Part shown: piece by piece, positions 40,909 to 53,105 of the stretch
Layout of the letters: each line of letters begins with the position of its first letter
Position numbering within the stretch: position 1 is the first letter of the stretch
Assembly: GCA_013239625.1 (NCBI GenBank)
Contig: MU053156.1
Coordinates: 436,467 to 500,466 of the forward strand
DNA length: 64,000 nucleotides
Direction: 5' to 3'
DNA from: Lama guanicoe
Taxonomy: Eukaryota
The notes under the pieces: model-generated
The model's input: the letters and a program-made list of their open reading frames with translations, nothing else
What the model was told of the DNA's origin: nothing
Databases searched by the model: none
Translations under genes and position numbers: made by a program

Positions 40909-42139
40909 GTTCACTTAGATGATCAGATTCAGGAGGTTGCTTTCTTTCCTTTTATTTTCTTTCTGGTTCATGCTTCTCTGAGTGTGTTTCTTCTTGTCTT
41001 GATTCTAAATATTATTGGACTCATCGTGCTCACTCACGTTGGATCAGTTTTTGTATTTACTTCCTCTGATGTCACTTTGCATTCCTGTCTAGTAAGAAAA
41101 CAGTTTTCAGTCTATTTCCTTCCAAAGAATTTGAACAATACTGTGAATGGAATTTCTGTTGGTAAAGCAATAAAGATGGCAGTCTTTATTAGAGATCTTG
41201 TACCTCAGAGGGAGGAGTAACTACAGCTGAAGCACCTGGGTAATTGCAACTGCCTACAGGACCTGCCTGCACAGTTGCAGATTTCTGTAAAGGGGAATGG
41301 AATTGTCACTTTTGTTTCTGAACAAAAGGCAAAAACTTTGCTGTCTTTTTGTGTTCCTCTCCCGTGCTGTTTGCATTTTCTGGGACTGCTGAATGTGTGA
41401 TTCCTGTACTTGGGCACCTGGAGTCTTGAAAATTAATGCCTGGTGCAGGATGCCTTCTCTTTATTTTCACGTTGCTCATCCTAAAGTGTTTGCACTGACT
41501 CATCAGGATGGGGTGTTAGTGCGGACACATGTTACTGTGCAATAGAGTAAGCCCGTCCCTGCCACCCCTGCCTTCCTCACCAACTCCAGGAATTGCAAGA
41601 ATAGGGCCCAAAATATATTTTCTTACAGAACCACAATTAGTTGCTCAGAGTTAATGATAGCAGCCTTCCTTTATGTAGCAAAACAAAACAAACACGTGTA
41701 TCAAACCCTCAACACTTCTAATGAGCTGATTCTGGATGTGCTGTTCTTCATTTAAGCTTCATTTAGCTATTTTTATTTAGCAGGAAGATGCCTAAGAACA
41801 ATGGAGTGTCTGCATTTTATCTTATCAGAGCGAACTTGTGTTGATGCTGTTACTGTGGCTTCTGTGGCCTATGCTCCCACTGTGCTGTGACCACTGCCTG
41901 TCTTCCTTGTATTTATTCATCTTATTACAGTTTTCAAAGCATCGTTAACCCTGTTCTTTCTCAATACAATTTTGCAGGATAGGAAACGCAGGTTTTCATA
42001 CTCTTAAGTTTTATATATAACTGAAAATTGAAGTTCAGAGACTTGAAGTGGCCAGGACCAGAAGTGATTAGGTAGTAAGATGTGGTCTAGTAGGGTGAAA
42101 ATCAGTCTGTACTTTTGCTCTGGTTTCAAGTTTTAGCTA

Positions 42140-42335
42140 CTTGAAAGACGGGTCTGAGTCCTGGCTCTGCCACTGGCTGTCTTGGGAACATTGCTTAACT
42201 TCTCCAAGCCACGGTTTCATTCTCTATAAAATTATCTGTGATACAGGTCTTTTTACAGTTGATTGTCTTGTGAGTAAGATAAAATGAATTAAACCCGTAG
42301 TATAATGATCACCAAAGGAAGTGTCCAGGGTTACT
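42140..42335 (+). mobile_element. MIR SINE
   Basis: GGGTCTGAGTCCTGGCTCTGCCACT...CTTAACTTCTCCAAGCC..GTTTCATTCTCTATAAAA...GATAAAATGA. Confidence 0.65.
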
Positions 42336-42394
42336 ATTATTATTGTCGTCGTTAAATTTTCACATTATCCCAAATTGCACAGTGCTCTTGTTTG

Positions 42395-43885
42395 CTTTAT
42401 ATTGAGATACAGTAGACATATAACTATATATTAGGTTAGGGTAAACAACATAATGACTTGGTATTTTTATATATATAATGAAATGATTACTACAGTAAGT
42501 TTAGCTAACTTTCATTATTTATATTCACATGCTTTTTTTGTGCTAAGACTCTACTCTGTTAGTAACATCAGATGTTTTGGGTGTTAGTGTTACTTAGTCA
42601 CCATGTTGTGTATGTGTCATGACCCTGTGTTACTTATTTTGTAAATGGAAGTTTGTATCCTTTGACCCTGTTCAGCAGTGTTGCCCGCTCCTCCTTGCCA
42701 CACCTTGCATCCACTAGTCTGTTCTCAGGATCTATGAGCTCCTTTGTGGTTTTGTCTTATTTTAGTTTCCACCTGTAAGTGAAATCATGCATGTTTATCT
42801 GTCTGATTTATTTCATTTATCATAACGCTCTCAGGGCCAATCCACGTTGACACAAATAGCAAGATTTCATTCTTTTTAATGACTTAGTGGTATTTTGTTA
42901 GATATATGCATGCAATGCGTGCCAGACTTTCTTTGTCCATTCATCCAGTGATGGACACTTCAGTTGTTTCCGTGTCTTGATTATTGTAATTAGTGCTACA
43001 GTGAAGATGGGCATGCAGATCTCTCAAATTTGTGTTTTCATTTCTTTCAGATAAATAAGAGTGGGATTGCTGGATCATACAGTAGCCCTATTTTTTAATA
43101 TTTGGGGGAACTTCCATGTTGTTTTACATTGTGGCTCCACTAATTTACGTTCCCGGCAGTCCCAGGTTTCCCTTTTCTCTGTGTCTTGCCAGCACTTGTT
43201 TATGTCTTGTCTTTTTGATAATAGCCATCCTAACACATGTGAGGTGATACCTTGTTGTGGTATTGATTTCTGTTTCCCTGATGACTAGTGATACTGGTCC
43301 TTTTCATGTTTTAATCAGATTGGGGTTTCTGTGTTGTTGTTACTGAGTTGTAGGAATTCTTTATATACTTCGCCTATCAGCCCCTTTCAGTTTTATTATT
43401 TACAGTTCTTTTCTCCCATTCAGTAAGGTACCTTTGCATTCTATGGTTAATTTCCTTTCCTGTGTGGAAGCTTGGAAGCTTGATGTAATCCTACTTGCTT
43501 ATTTTTAATTTTGTTTCCTTTGCTTTTGGTGTCAAATCCAAAAATGTACCACCAAGATTGATGTCAAGGAGCTTCCTGCCTATGATTTCTTAACAGTACT
43601 TTTATGGTTTCAGGTCTTACATTCAAGTCCTTCGTGTATTTTGAGTTGACTTTTGTCAAGATAGGGGTCCATTTTCATTCTTGTGCATGTACTATACAGG
43701 ATTCCCCAAACCGTTGAGTGAAGAAATTGTCCTTTCCCCATTGTATATCTTGGCTCCCTTGTCATAAATTATTCATGATATGTGCATGGGTTTATTTATG
43801 AGCTTTATTCTGTTCCATTGATTGATACATGTGTCTGTTACCAAGCCAAGGCCATATTGTTGTGGTTGTTTTCACTTTGTAATGG
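42395..43885 (-). mobile_element. LINE-1 3' portion (older subfamily)
   Basis: CCATTCATCCAGTGATGGACAC, GGGATTGCTGGATCATA, TGTGAGGTGATACCT and GATGTCAAGGAGC are ORF2 3'/3'UTR antisense motifs. Confidence 0.85.
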
Positions 43886-44174
43886 AAGTTGCTGTTTTAC
43901 AGTTTTGCTAAGAGTTACTTTCATGACTAGTCAATGAATTTTATTAAATACCTTTTTACATTTATCCTAGTTAATCATTATAGTCTCATTGTGCTTTTCT
44001 GCTAATTTATATTTATTTTTGAATCTTAACCAGTATTGCATTTTCTAATATAGTCTACTATTATTCTGTTATGTTTACATAATGGCTTAACTCATGTAAT
44101 AATATTTTGTTTGAATATATACAGCATAGTCCCTTAGTTTTATATATATATATATTTATATATATATATATATA

Positions 44175-46078
44175 TTCCTTTTCATACTTTTTCATTATGG
44201 TTTATTACAGGATATTGAAAAAATTTCCCTGTGCTATGCAGTAGGACCTTGTTTTTTTATTTATTTCATATGTGATAATTTGTATCTATAGTAGTTTGTA
44301 TCTTCTCATCCCAAATGTCTAATTTATTCCCCTGCCTGCTTTCCACTTGGTAATCATAAGTTTGTCTTTTATGTCTGTGAGTCTGCTTCTGTTTTGTAAA
44401 TAAGTTCACTTGTGGCATATTTTAAATTCAACATAGAAATGGTATCATATGGTGTTTGTCTTTCTCTAACCAAGTTAGTATAATCTCTAGGTCCATGCAT
44501 GTTGCTGCAAATAGTATCATTTTATTCTTTTTCATGGCTGAATAGTATTCTAGTGTGTGTATGTATAAAATATATGTATATATAAAACACTTCTTCTTTA
44601 TCCATTTATTTGACAAGGGTCATTTAGGTTATTTCCATGTCTTGGCTATTGGAAATAATGCTGCTTGAACTTTGGGAGGCATGTATCTTTTTAATTTAGT
44701 GTTTTCTCTTGATAAGCCCAAGAATGGAATTGCTGGATCACATGGTAGCTTTATTTTTAGTTTTTTAAGGAATTTCCATACTGTTTTTCATAGTGGTTGT
44801 ACCAAGATGCAGTCCCACTGACAGTGTAGGAGGGTTCCCTTTGCCCATTGTCTCCAGCATTTCTTACTTGTAGGCATTTTGATGATGGCCATTCTGACTC
44901 ATGTGAGGTGATGCCTCATTGTAGTTTTGATGTGAATCTCTCTAATAATTGCCAATGTTGACCATCTTTTCATGTCATGTGCCTGTTGGCCATTTGTAGT
45001 TTTCTTTGGAGAAATGACTGTTTAGGTCTTCAGCCTGTTTGGGGGTTTGGGTCATCTGTTTTGTTGTTGTTATTGAGTTTTATGTGCTATTTGTATATTT
45101 TGGAAATTAAGACTTTTTTGGTCACATTGATTGAAAATATTTTCTTCAGTTTCGTAGTTTATCTTTTCATTTTTTTATGGTTTGCTTTCCTATGCAGAAA
45201 AACTTGTAAGTTTGATTAGGTCCCATCTGTTTTTTGTGCTTTTATTTCTTGCCTTGGGAGACTGACCTCAGAACACATTGCTACAATTTATGTCAGAATG
45301 TTTTGTCTATGTTCTCTTTGAGGAGTTTTATGGTATCATATCTTATATTTAAATCTTTAAGCCATTTTGAGTTTATTTTTGTGTATGGTATGAGGGAGTG
45401 TCCTAACTTCATTGATTAACATGCTGCTGTCCAGTTTTCCCAACACCACTTGCTGAAGAGACTGTCTTTTCTCCATTGTATATTCCTGCCTCCTTTGCCA
45501 AAGATTAATTTACTGTAGGTCTGTGTGTTTATTTCTGGGCTCTCTGTTCTGTTCTATTGATCCATATGTCTGTTTTTATGCCAGTACCTCAGTTTTTATT
45601 ACTGTAGCTCTGCAGTATTGTCTGACGTTTGGGAGGGTTATTCCCCCAGCTTCAGTATTTTTCTTAAATACTGCTTTGGTAATTCTGCATCTTTTGTGAT
45701 TCTATATAAATTTTAGGATTATTTGTTCTAGTTTTGTAAAAAAAAATGTCCTGGGTAACTTGATAGGGATCACATTAAATCTGTAGATTGCCTTGGGCAG
45801 TATGGCCATTTTAACAATATTAATTCTTCCCATCCAAAAGTATAGGGTATCTTTCCATTTCTTTAAGTCATCTCTAATTTCTTTAATCAGTGTTTTGTTG
45901 TTCTCCATATATAAGTGTTTCAGCTGCTTGGTCAGATTTATTCCTAAATATTTTATTGTTTTGGATGTGATTTTAAAAGGGATTGTTTCTTTACTTTCTT
46001 TTCCTATTTCATCGTTAGTGTAAAGAAATGCCACTGATTTGTGCATGTTAATGTTGTATCCTGCCACCTTGCCGAATG
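44175..46078 (-). mobile_element. LINE-1 3' portion with an ORF2 fragment; (TA)n at its tail (44140-44174)
   Basis: ORF 45702..46067 ([17 protein letters not shown]...GINLTK...[26 protein letters not shown]) is L1 ORF2; ORF 44428..44616 is the L1 ORF2 C-terminus. Confidence 0.93.
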
Positions 46079-46507
46079 TTTTTGTAGTTCTTCTCTGTCC
46101 TTCTTGTTTTATACTCTTCCCTTATGGTTAGTTGATTTTTCTTTATTGTTATATTTGTGTTTTCTCTCACTTGTTTTTGCATATCTGATTGTTAAGTAAT
46201 TATAATTTAAGGTCGTATAATTTCTAAAAGGTCTACTGTTTTACTCCCCCCTCTTTTTTTTGTTTTGTTTTTCTTTTTGATTTTATTTTTTACATCCTCA
46301 TGTGCCTTGTGTAAGTGTTTACTGTAATTACAGTTTTTTTGTTTTGTTTTTGTTTTTTACAATTTTTGTCTTTTAGTCTTTGTAGTGACTTATTTAGGTG
46401 GTTGATTGACAGCCATTGCTTCATTTTTGCCTTTAAAGTGGGACTTCCCCCTTCACATAAGTTCTTATTTCTTGTTCTTTTGCACATAAAGAAAAGCTTT
46501 TATTACT

Positions 46508-47194
46508 ATTTTTTAACATTTTTTATTGAGTAATAGTCATTTTACAGTGCTGTGTCAAGTTCCAGTATAGAGCACAATTTTTCAGTTATACATGAAAGTA
46601 CATATATTCATTGTCACATTTTTTTCACTGTGAGCTACCACAACATCTTGTATATATTTCCCTGTGCTATACAGTATAATCTTGTTTCTCTATTCTACAT
46701 TTTAAAATCCCAGTCTGTCTCTTCCCACCCCCCAACCCCTTGGCAACCACAAGTTTATATTCTATGTCTATGAGGCTGTTTCTGTTTTGTATTTCTGTTT
46801 TGTCAGTAAGTTCATTTGTATCATTTTTTTAGTTTTCACATATAAGTGATATCATGCGATATTTGTCTTTCTCTTTTTAACTTAATTGACTTCATATGAT
46901 AATCTCTAGGTCCATCCATGTTGCTGCAAATGGCATTATTTCACTCTTTTTTAATGGATGAGTAGTATCCCAGTGTGTCAATATACTACAAGTTCTTTAT
47001 CCAGTCATCTGTCATGGACATTTAGGTTGTTTCCATGTCTTGGCTAAATAGTGCTGCTATGAACATTGGGGTGCAGGTGTCATCCTGAAGTAGGGTTCCT
47101 TCTGGATATGTGCCCAGGAGCAGAATGACTGGGTCATATGGTAAGTCTATGCCTAGTCTTTTGAGGAATCTCCATACTGTTTTCCACAGTGGCT
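46508..47194 (-). mobile_element. 5'-truncated LINE-1 with a 19-bp target-site duplication
   Basis: TSD AAGAAAAGCTTTTATTACT (46489-46507) vs AAGAAAACCTTTTATTACT (47195-47213); L1 3' end motifs in between. Confidence 0.88.
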
Positions 47195-47414
47195 AAGAAA
47201 ACCTTTTATTACTTCTTGTAAAGTCAGTTCAGCATTGATGAACTCTTAGTTTTTGCTTATCTGAGAAGCTCTTTAACTGTCTTTCAATTGTGATTAATAA
47301 CTTTGCTGAGTAGGTGGCCTAGATTCTAGGTTTTCCCCCTTTGAGTACTTTAAATATATCATGGCTGTTCCTTCTGGCCTGCAGTGACTGCTGAAAACCA
47401 GCTGAAGGGCTTCC

Positions 47415-49350
47415 ATGAGCTCACCTCTCCTCGTGACTACAGTGAAACCACAACTGACTGCTAAACAAGCATTGAAAAAAAGACTAGAACCTAGCAAAAA
47501 AGATCTTCAACTGGAATCATAAAGAGAGAACCACAGCAGGATGGTAGGAGGGGCATTCTTACGATATAATTAGGCCCGTACCCCCTGGGGTGGGCTTACC
47601 CACAAGCCGAAGAATAAATCACAAAGACCCTCCCACAGGAGTGAGAGTTCTAAGCCCCGTGTCAGGCTTCCCACCCTGAAGTCCCGACATTGAGAGGAGA
47701 AGCAGACCCCGGGACACCTGGTTTTGAAGGCCAGCAGGGCTTAGCTCTAGGAGCCCCCTGGGACTGGGGGAGACAGAGACTTCATTCTCTTGGGAAGCAT
47801 ACACACAATCTCATGTGCGCCAGGTTCAAGGGCAGAGGCAGTGATTTCATAGGAACCTGGACCAGACCTGCCTGCTTGCTTTGGAAGGTCTCCTGGGGAC
47901 ATAGGGGAAGGCTGTGGCTCACCCAGGGGGGCGTAAAAGCTGGTGGCTGACATTCTGGGCGTGTTCATCTATATGAGCTTTCCTGGAAGCTGACATTTTG
48001 TTTGGATCATTAGCACCAAAATGTAGCCGCACCCAACAGCCTGTAGGGAAGCCTCAGGCCAAACATACTGGGTGGGAACACAACCCTACCCATCAGTGGA
48101 TTTCCTGAGACAAATACACCTCTGTACACAGCCCTACCCACCAGAGGTCCAGAAACAGGCTTCACCCAGCAGTGGGCAGGCCCCGGCTCCTCCTGCCAGG
48201 AAACCTGCATAAGGCTCTAGTCCAGCCTCCTCCAGCAGGGGCAGATACCAGAAATAAGAAAACAACAATCCCACAGCCTGTGGAAGGAGCTCACAAACAC
48301 AAAGCAGATTCTACACTGGGACTGGCCGGACCCTGGCGCTTGGGTGACAAGAGAGGAGTGTGCTTCTCAGACACATAGGTCGTCTCCCACAGAGGGCCAC
48401 TTCTCCAAGGTTGAGAAACATATAAAAATACAAATAGAAAGACAAAATGAGGCAGCAGAAGAGTATCTCCCAGGCCAAGGCACAAGATAAAATCCCAGAA
48501 GAAGAAATATGATGAGGAGATGGGCAATTTATCTGAGAGTTTAAAGTAATGATGGCGAAGATGTTCAGAGAACTCAAGAGGAGTATAGATGCACAGAATG
48601 AAGTTTTTAGCAGAGTTGTAAAATATAAAGAATACCCAAACAGAATTGAAGAATAAGATCACTGAAATGAATAACACACTAGAAGGAACCAAGAACAGAC
48701 TAAATGCGGCAGAAGAATAGATCAGTGAGCTAGACGACAGGTTAGTGGAAATCACTACTGCAGAGAAAAAAGAAAAGAGAATGAAAAGAAATGAGGAGTA
48801 TAAGAGAACTCTGGGACATCATGAAGTGCTCTAATACTCACATTATAGGAGGCCCAGAAAGTGAAGAGAGAAAGGACCTGAGAAAATTTTTGGAGAGATA
48901 ATAACCCAAAACTTCCCCAACTTGGGAAAGGAAATGTCGCCCAAGGCCAGGAAGCGCAGAGTACCACACAGGATCAGCCCAGAGAGGAACACACACCAAG
49001 GCACATGGTCATCAAACTGACAAGGATGAGGAGAAAATATTAAAATTAGCAAGAGGAAAGCAACAAAATGACACACAAAGGAGCTCCCATAAGGTTGTCA
49101 GCTGGTTTCTCAGCAGAAACTCTACAGGCCAGAAGAGAGTGGCATGACATATTTAAAGTGATGAAAGAGAAAAATTCACAGCCAAGAATACTCTATCCAG
49201 CAAGGCTCTTGTTCAGATTTGATGGAGAAATCATAAGCTTCACAGATAAACAAAAGCTAAAAGGATTCAGCACCACCAAGCCAGCTTTATAGGGAATGTT
49301 AAACGGCATTCTCTAGTCATCAAACGACAAGAAAAGAGAACAAAAAGAAG
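47415..49350 (+). mobile_element. LINE-1 5'UTR plus degraded ORF1
   Basis: ORF 49068..49292 (PIRLSAGFSAETLQARREWHDIFKVMKEKNSQPRILYPARLLFRFDGEI..F.DKQKL) is the L1 ORF1p C-terminal domain; coiled-coil-coding A-rich sequence lies upstream. Confidence 0.92.
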
Positions 49351-49370
49351 GTGAGGGGGGAGGACATACA

Positions 49371-49905
49371 CAAGATTGCTGTGGCTGTTCGGGGTCTTTT
49401 GTGGTTCCTTATAAATTGTGGGATTGTTTGTTCTAGTTCTGTGAAAACTGTTGTGAGTGTTTTGACAGGGGTTGCACAGGATCTATAGACTGCTTTGGGT
49501 AGTGTGGCCATTTTGATAGTGTTGATGCTTCCAATCCAAGAGCACAAGGTATCTCCATTTCTTTGTGTCATCTTCATTTTACTTCATCAGTGTTTTGCAG
49601 TTTTCACAGTATAGGTAACCTCCTTGGCTAAGTTTATTTCTAGGTATTTTGTTGTTTTTGATGCAATGGAAATGTTTATGCCTGTTACAAAATTCTGGTT
49701 CTTGAAGTGAGGGGGGAAAAAAGTGAATGAAAGGCTACAAATGGCAAAGTATCCTTCTCTTTTATGGGTGGGTTGTATTCCGTTACATATATATGGCACA
49801 TCCTCTTTGTCCGTTCGTCTGTTGTGCGCTTGGGGTGCTTTGTGTCTTCGCAGTCGTAAATAGTGCTGCTGTTAATAGTGGGGTGTGTGTGTCTTTTTGA
49901 ATTAA
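49371..49905 (-). mobile_element. LINE-1 ORF2/3' fragments
   Basis: ORF 49320..49577 (CSWIGSINTIKMATLPKAVYR...FTELEQTI..FIRNHKRPR) is L1 ORF2. Confidence 0.85.
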
Positions 49906-50024
49906 TTCTTATTTTGTGGTTGGCTTTGTTCCTTTAATAATAACTATGTAAGGTTAAAAAGCTAAAGCTCTAAACCTTCTTAGAGACAATGAACAGTGCA
50001 TATATGTAAATTGAAAACATGTGC

Positions 50025-51612
50025 AGTAAAAACAGCTGATAGGCTCATGAGGGATTTCCTTTTCTGTGACACTTTCCTCTTCTCTTGCTGCCTTTAGAAT
50101 TCTGTCATCTTTCAGTTTTGCTTTCTGAGTGATGACATGTCTTGGTGTTGGTTTGTTTGAGCTGATCCCGTCTGAGACTCTGATTCCTGTGCCTGGGATA
50201 CCTGTTTGCTTTTTCAGATCAGGGAAGTTTTCAGCCATCATTTTTTCCAGTGTTTTCTCAGCCCTTCTCTCTCTCCCTGCAGGGACCTCTATAATGTGAG
50301 TGTTACTATGCTTGAGCTGTCTCAGAAGTCCTTTAGACTCAGGTAACATGCTTTTTCTTCCTGCTTTTCTGATTGGATGTTTCTCATTATTCTAACTTCC
50401 AGATTGCTGATGGGTCATCTGTGTTGCCTGATCTTCTGTATGACCTGCAGTTCTTCTCTGACTGGTTCTTTTTTGTGTTTCCTAGTTCTTTTTAAAAATT
50501 CTCCGTGCTCATCTGTTCCTTTTCCCAGTGCAGTTATTCTTACTACATTTGCTTTGACCTCTTTGTCATGCACATTATTTCTCTCTTTTCACTATGTTTT
50601 TTACTTAAAACATGTTTCTGTGTCTTCTCATTTTAGCTTGCATATATACCTCTGTGAAACTAGGTGAAACAGTTACCTGTCCCAGGATTAGAGGCGTGTC
50701 CTTGTGTGAGAGCACTCCTGTGCAGCCTTCTGTGCCCGGCGGGCTTGTTGGGAAGAGCTGGACCTGAAGTGATCCTGCGCTGCCGTCTTCCCTCAGGAAA
50801 TGCTGGCAGCCCCTGCAATGGGGGCGGCAGGGCTGGAGTCAGGAACTGGAGCCAGTTTCAGGTTCAAGCAGGGGCTTCTCCTCTGCTCAGTGACTGTTCC
50901 AGCTCTATCAGGGGGTGACACAGGGTCCCGTGGGGCTGGAGCAGGATCTCTGTGGTGTTGGGTTCTCCTGGGTGAGATGGCAGTCTCTGCTTTGGTTTGG
51001 GAGGTAGCTGAGGCCCCTGAGGGCTTGCAGCGGCCCTCCTGTGCTTGTTTTACCTTTTCCCCAGTGTGCACACCTTGGCTAGAGGGTGGGTCGGGACCAG
51101 AGAGATTGGGGCTGCAGCCCTGAGCTGGCCCCACTCCGTCAGGCGTGCACAGGAAAGTAAGTTCTGGGGGTGGCAGGCTCTGCCCTGATGCTAGTGCTGT
51201 TCCCTGCAGCGTGTGCAGGGACACTCTAGCTGGCAGTGACTAACTGCCTTTTCAGGGGCAGGGCCACACCCAGGCCAGTGCCACTTTCTCCCATGGTGTG
51301 CACTCTCACTGGCAGTGGAAGCCTCCGCCTGAGTGGGGAGCAGCATCAGAACACGGAGGGCTGGAGCAGAAGCCTAGGGGAGTCTGGGGGCCCTGCCTGA
51401 GCCACCCCTGCAAGCCGGCTGGAGCCCCAGGCAGTGTTCAGCCTGCTGTGTCCCTGCTGTGACGGGGAGTCCGCGAGTCTCTGCACAGCTCTTCAAGAGC
51501 AGAGTCTCGGTTTCTTACAGCGCTCCAGCAAGCCCTCTGATTTTCACCCAGCTGAGGGGCCTCATAGTCCCAGTGCTGGACCCCGTGCCTGGGTGCCTGA
51601 CGCGCGGTTCAG
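50025..51612 (-). mobile_element. LINE-1 5'UTR plus degraded ORF1
   Basis: ORF 49954..50349 (SNTHIIEVP...AENFPDL...PTPRHVI...RILKAARE) is L1 ORF1p; a GC-rich 5'UTR extends to about 51610. Confidence 0.8.
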
Positions 51613-51615
51613 ACC

Positions 51616-52546
51616 ATGACGTAAGGCGCGGGTGGTTGTCAGGGCTGGAGCACTGCTAGGACCTCACTCTGTCTGCGCACGGATGCCCACAGCTCCTAGT
51701 GTGTGTGGCTGGTGGAGGGCCTTGCGGGGGAGTGGTTGTAACTCTGTTTGGCACAGATAGATGGGGCTCATTGTGATTATTCCTCGCAAAGATGGTTACA
51801 ATGACAGGACATGCCGTCTGGTTTTCCAAGGGCTTGAAAATTATAATGCGTGATGTGCCCCAGCTGCCTAGTGTGAGCAGCATGACTGCAGGTGCTCTGG
51901 GTCCAGGAATGCAAACTCCAGTTATGCTCTTGGAACCAAAGGAGCAGGTCCTAAAGGTGCATATTTACCATAAATGCTCTTAGACGTGTCAGTCATAGGG
52001 AAACACCAGATTAAGAAATGGATGCTGTCTGAGATTAGCATTGAATTATTATAAAATGTAATGAACCTGTAAGATTCTGGATCAAAATTAGTGCAGTGAC
52101 CAGTGGAAGTGATCCAGATAGTACATACAATAAGAAATGAAGTCCTGAATCTTGTCTGATTTTCTCATTGAGTAGTAAATGATTAGGGTTTTGACTAATG
52201 TTTTGATTAAATTATAGAATGTGATGAGTTGTGTGAAAGTCTAAGGATGTTTGTAGTAAGATTAGCATTGTCATGATATAGTCTTGGGGGTTAATGATTC
52301 CTGGGATAGATGAAATTGGCTGGCTACGTGTGCTGGGGGAAGAAGACAGCTTGCTAATGCAAGCAGAGACACTGACAGAGAGGAAGGCTAGTGAAAAGTG
52401 AGGGCTAGTGTCACTCAGTTGATTCAGGAAGAATGAGCTGATAAGGCTGGTTAAAAGGCTGTAAGGTGTAATATTAATTCAGAAGATACAATTTTTGATA
52501 ATCATGTTAATGGTATTACTATGTTTGGAATAATGAGTTTTAGCCT
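51616..52546 (-). pseudogene. ND4: NUMT ND4 fragment
   Basis: (A)GGCTAAAACTCATTATTCCA start (ATG mutated to AGG); GGATCACTTCCACT; GCATTTATGGTAAATATG; GGAATAATCACAATGAGC; many indels. Confidence 0.85.
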
Positions 52547-52825
52547 TGAAGAAGGGTAAGACTTTGTACATAATCAGTACTGTAGGCGTTGGATCCCACA
52601 GCTGCTAATGATCGTCCTGGTGCAGCCTCACAGGTGGGGAGCACTGATAGTAGGTGTTACGGTAGCTGATGCAGAATGGGTGCTGAGCGTGGTGACAGTT
52701 GCTGTAATGAGTAACGATGATATTGTGCCATCTGAGCATAGTAATGAGAGTTTTGTGATTTACATATTAGTATCCACAGAAGACACTGTAAATGCCAAAA
52801 TGATAGTAATATAGACTAATGCCGT
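52540..52825 (-). pseudogene. ND4L: NUMT ND4L
   Basis: ACG GCA TTA GTC TAT ATT ... TTG GCA TTT ACA GTG TCT; TGT GAG GCT GCA; ACT GAT TAT GTA CAA; 7-nt overlap with the ND4 start as in mtDNA. Confidence 0.85.
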
Positions 52826-52887
52826 TTGATAATTGTGAAGTTAATTATTGTATGAGTCAAGATAATGTTTTTGTTTTAACTAATTAT
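52826..52887 (-). pseudogene. NUMT mitochondrial tRNA-Arg remnant
   Basis: TAATTAGTTAAAACAAAAACATTATCTTGACTCAT...CACAATTATCAA lies between ND3 and ND4L. Confidence 0.75.
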
Positions 52888-53105
52888 TCATCCTAATCCT
52901 TTTTAATTCACTCATAGGCTAACCTGATGGCTGCTAGCAGTGAGATTACAGTTTGTGCCATGAAGAGTTTAGTTTTTAGGTTATTGTTTTGATATGCTCA
53001 GGGTAGGGGTAGGAGGAGGGCCATTTCTAGGTCAAATAACAGAGAAGTAGTGACAACTGAGAGTGAAAAAATGGAGAAGGTGGGCGTGCTGACCATATAG
53101 AGTCA
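52888..53105 (-). pseudogene. ND3: NUMT ND3 3' part
   Basis: TTATTTGACCTAGAAATGGCCCTCCTCCTACCCCTACCCTGAGCA...TTAGCCTATGAGTGA. Confidence 0.88.

Larger units (their letters stand above)
51616..53105 (-). pseudogene. NUMT: degraded mitochondrial ND3(3' part)-tRNAArg-ND4L-ND4(5' part)
   Basis: The minus strand reads LFDLEMALLLPLP(TGA=W)A (ND3), then a tRNA-Arg-like segment, then ND4L ending ...TDYVQSLTLLQ, then an overlapping ND4 start and AFMV.M / GSLPL motifs, all in mtDNA gene order. Confidence 0.92.
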
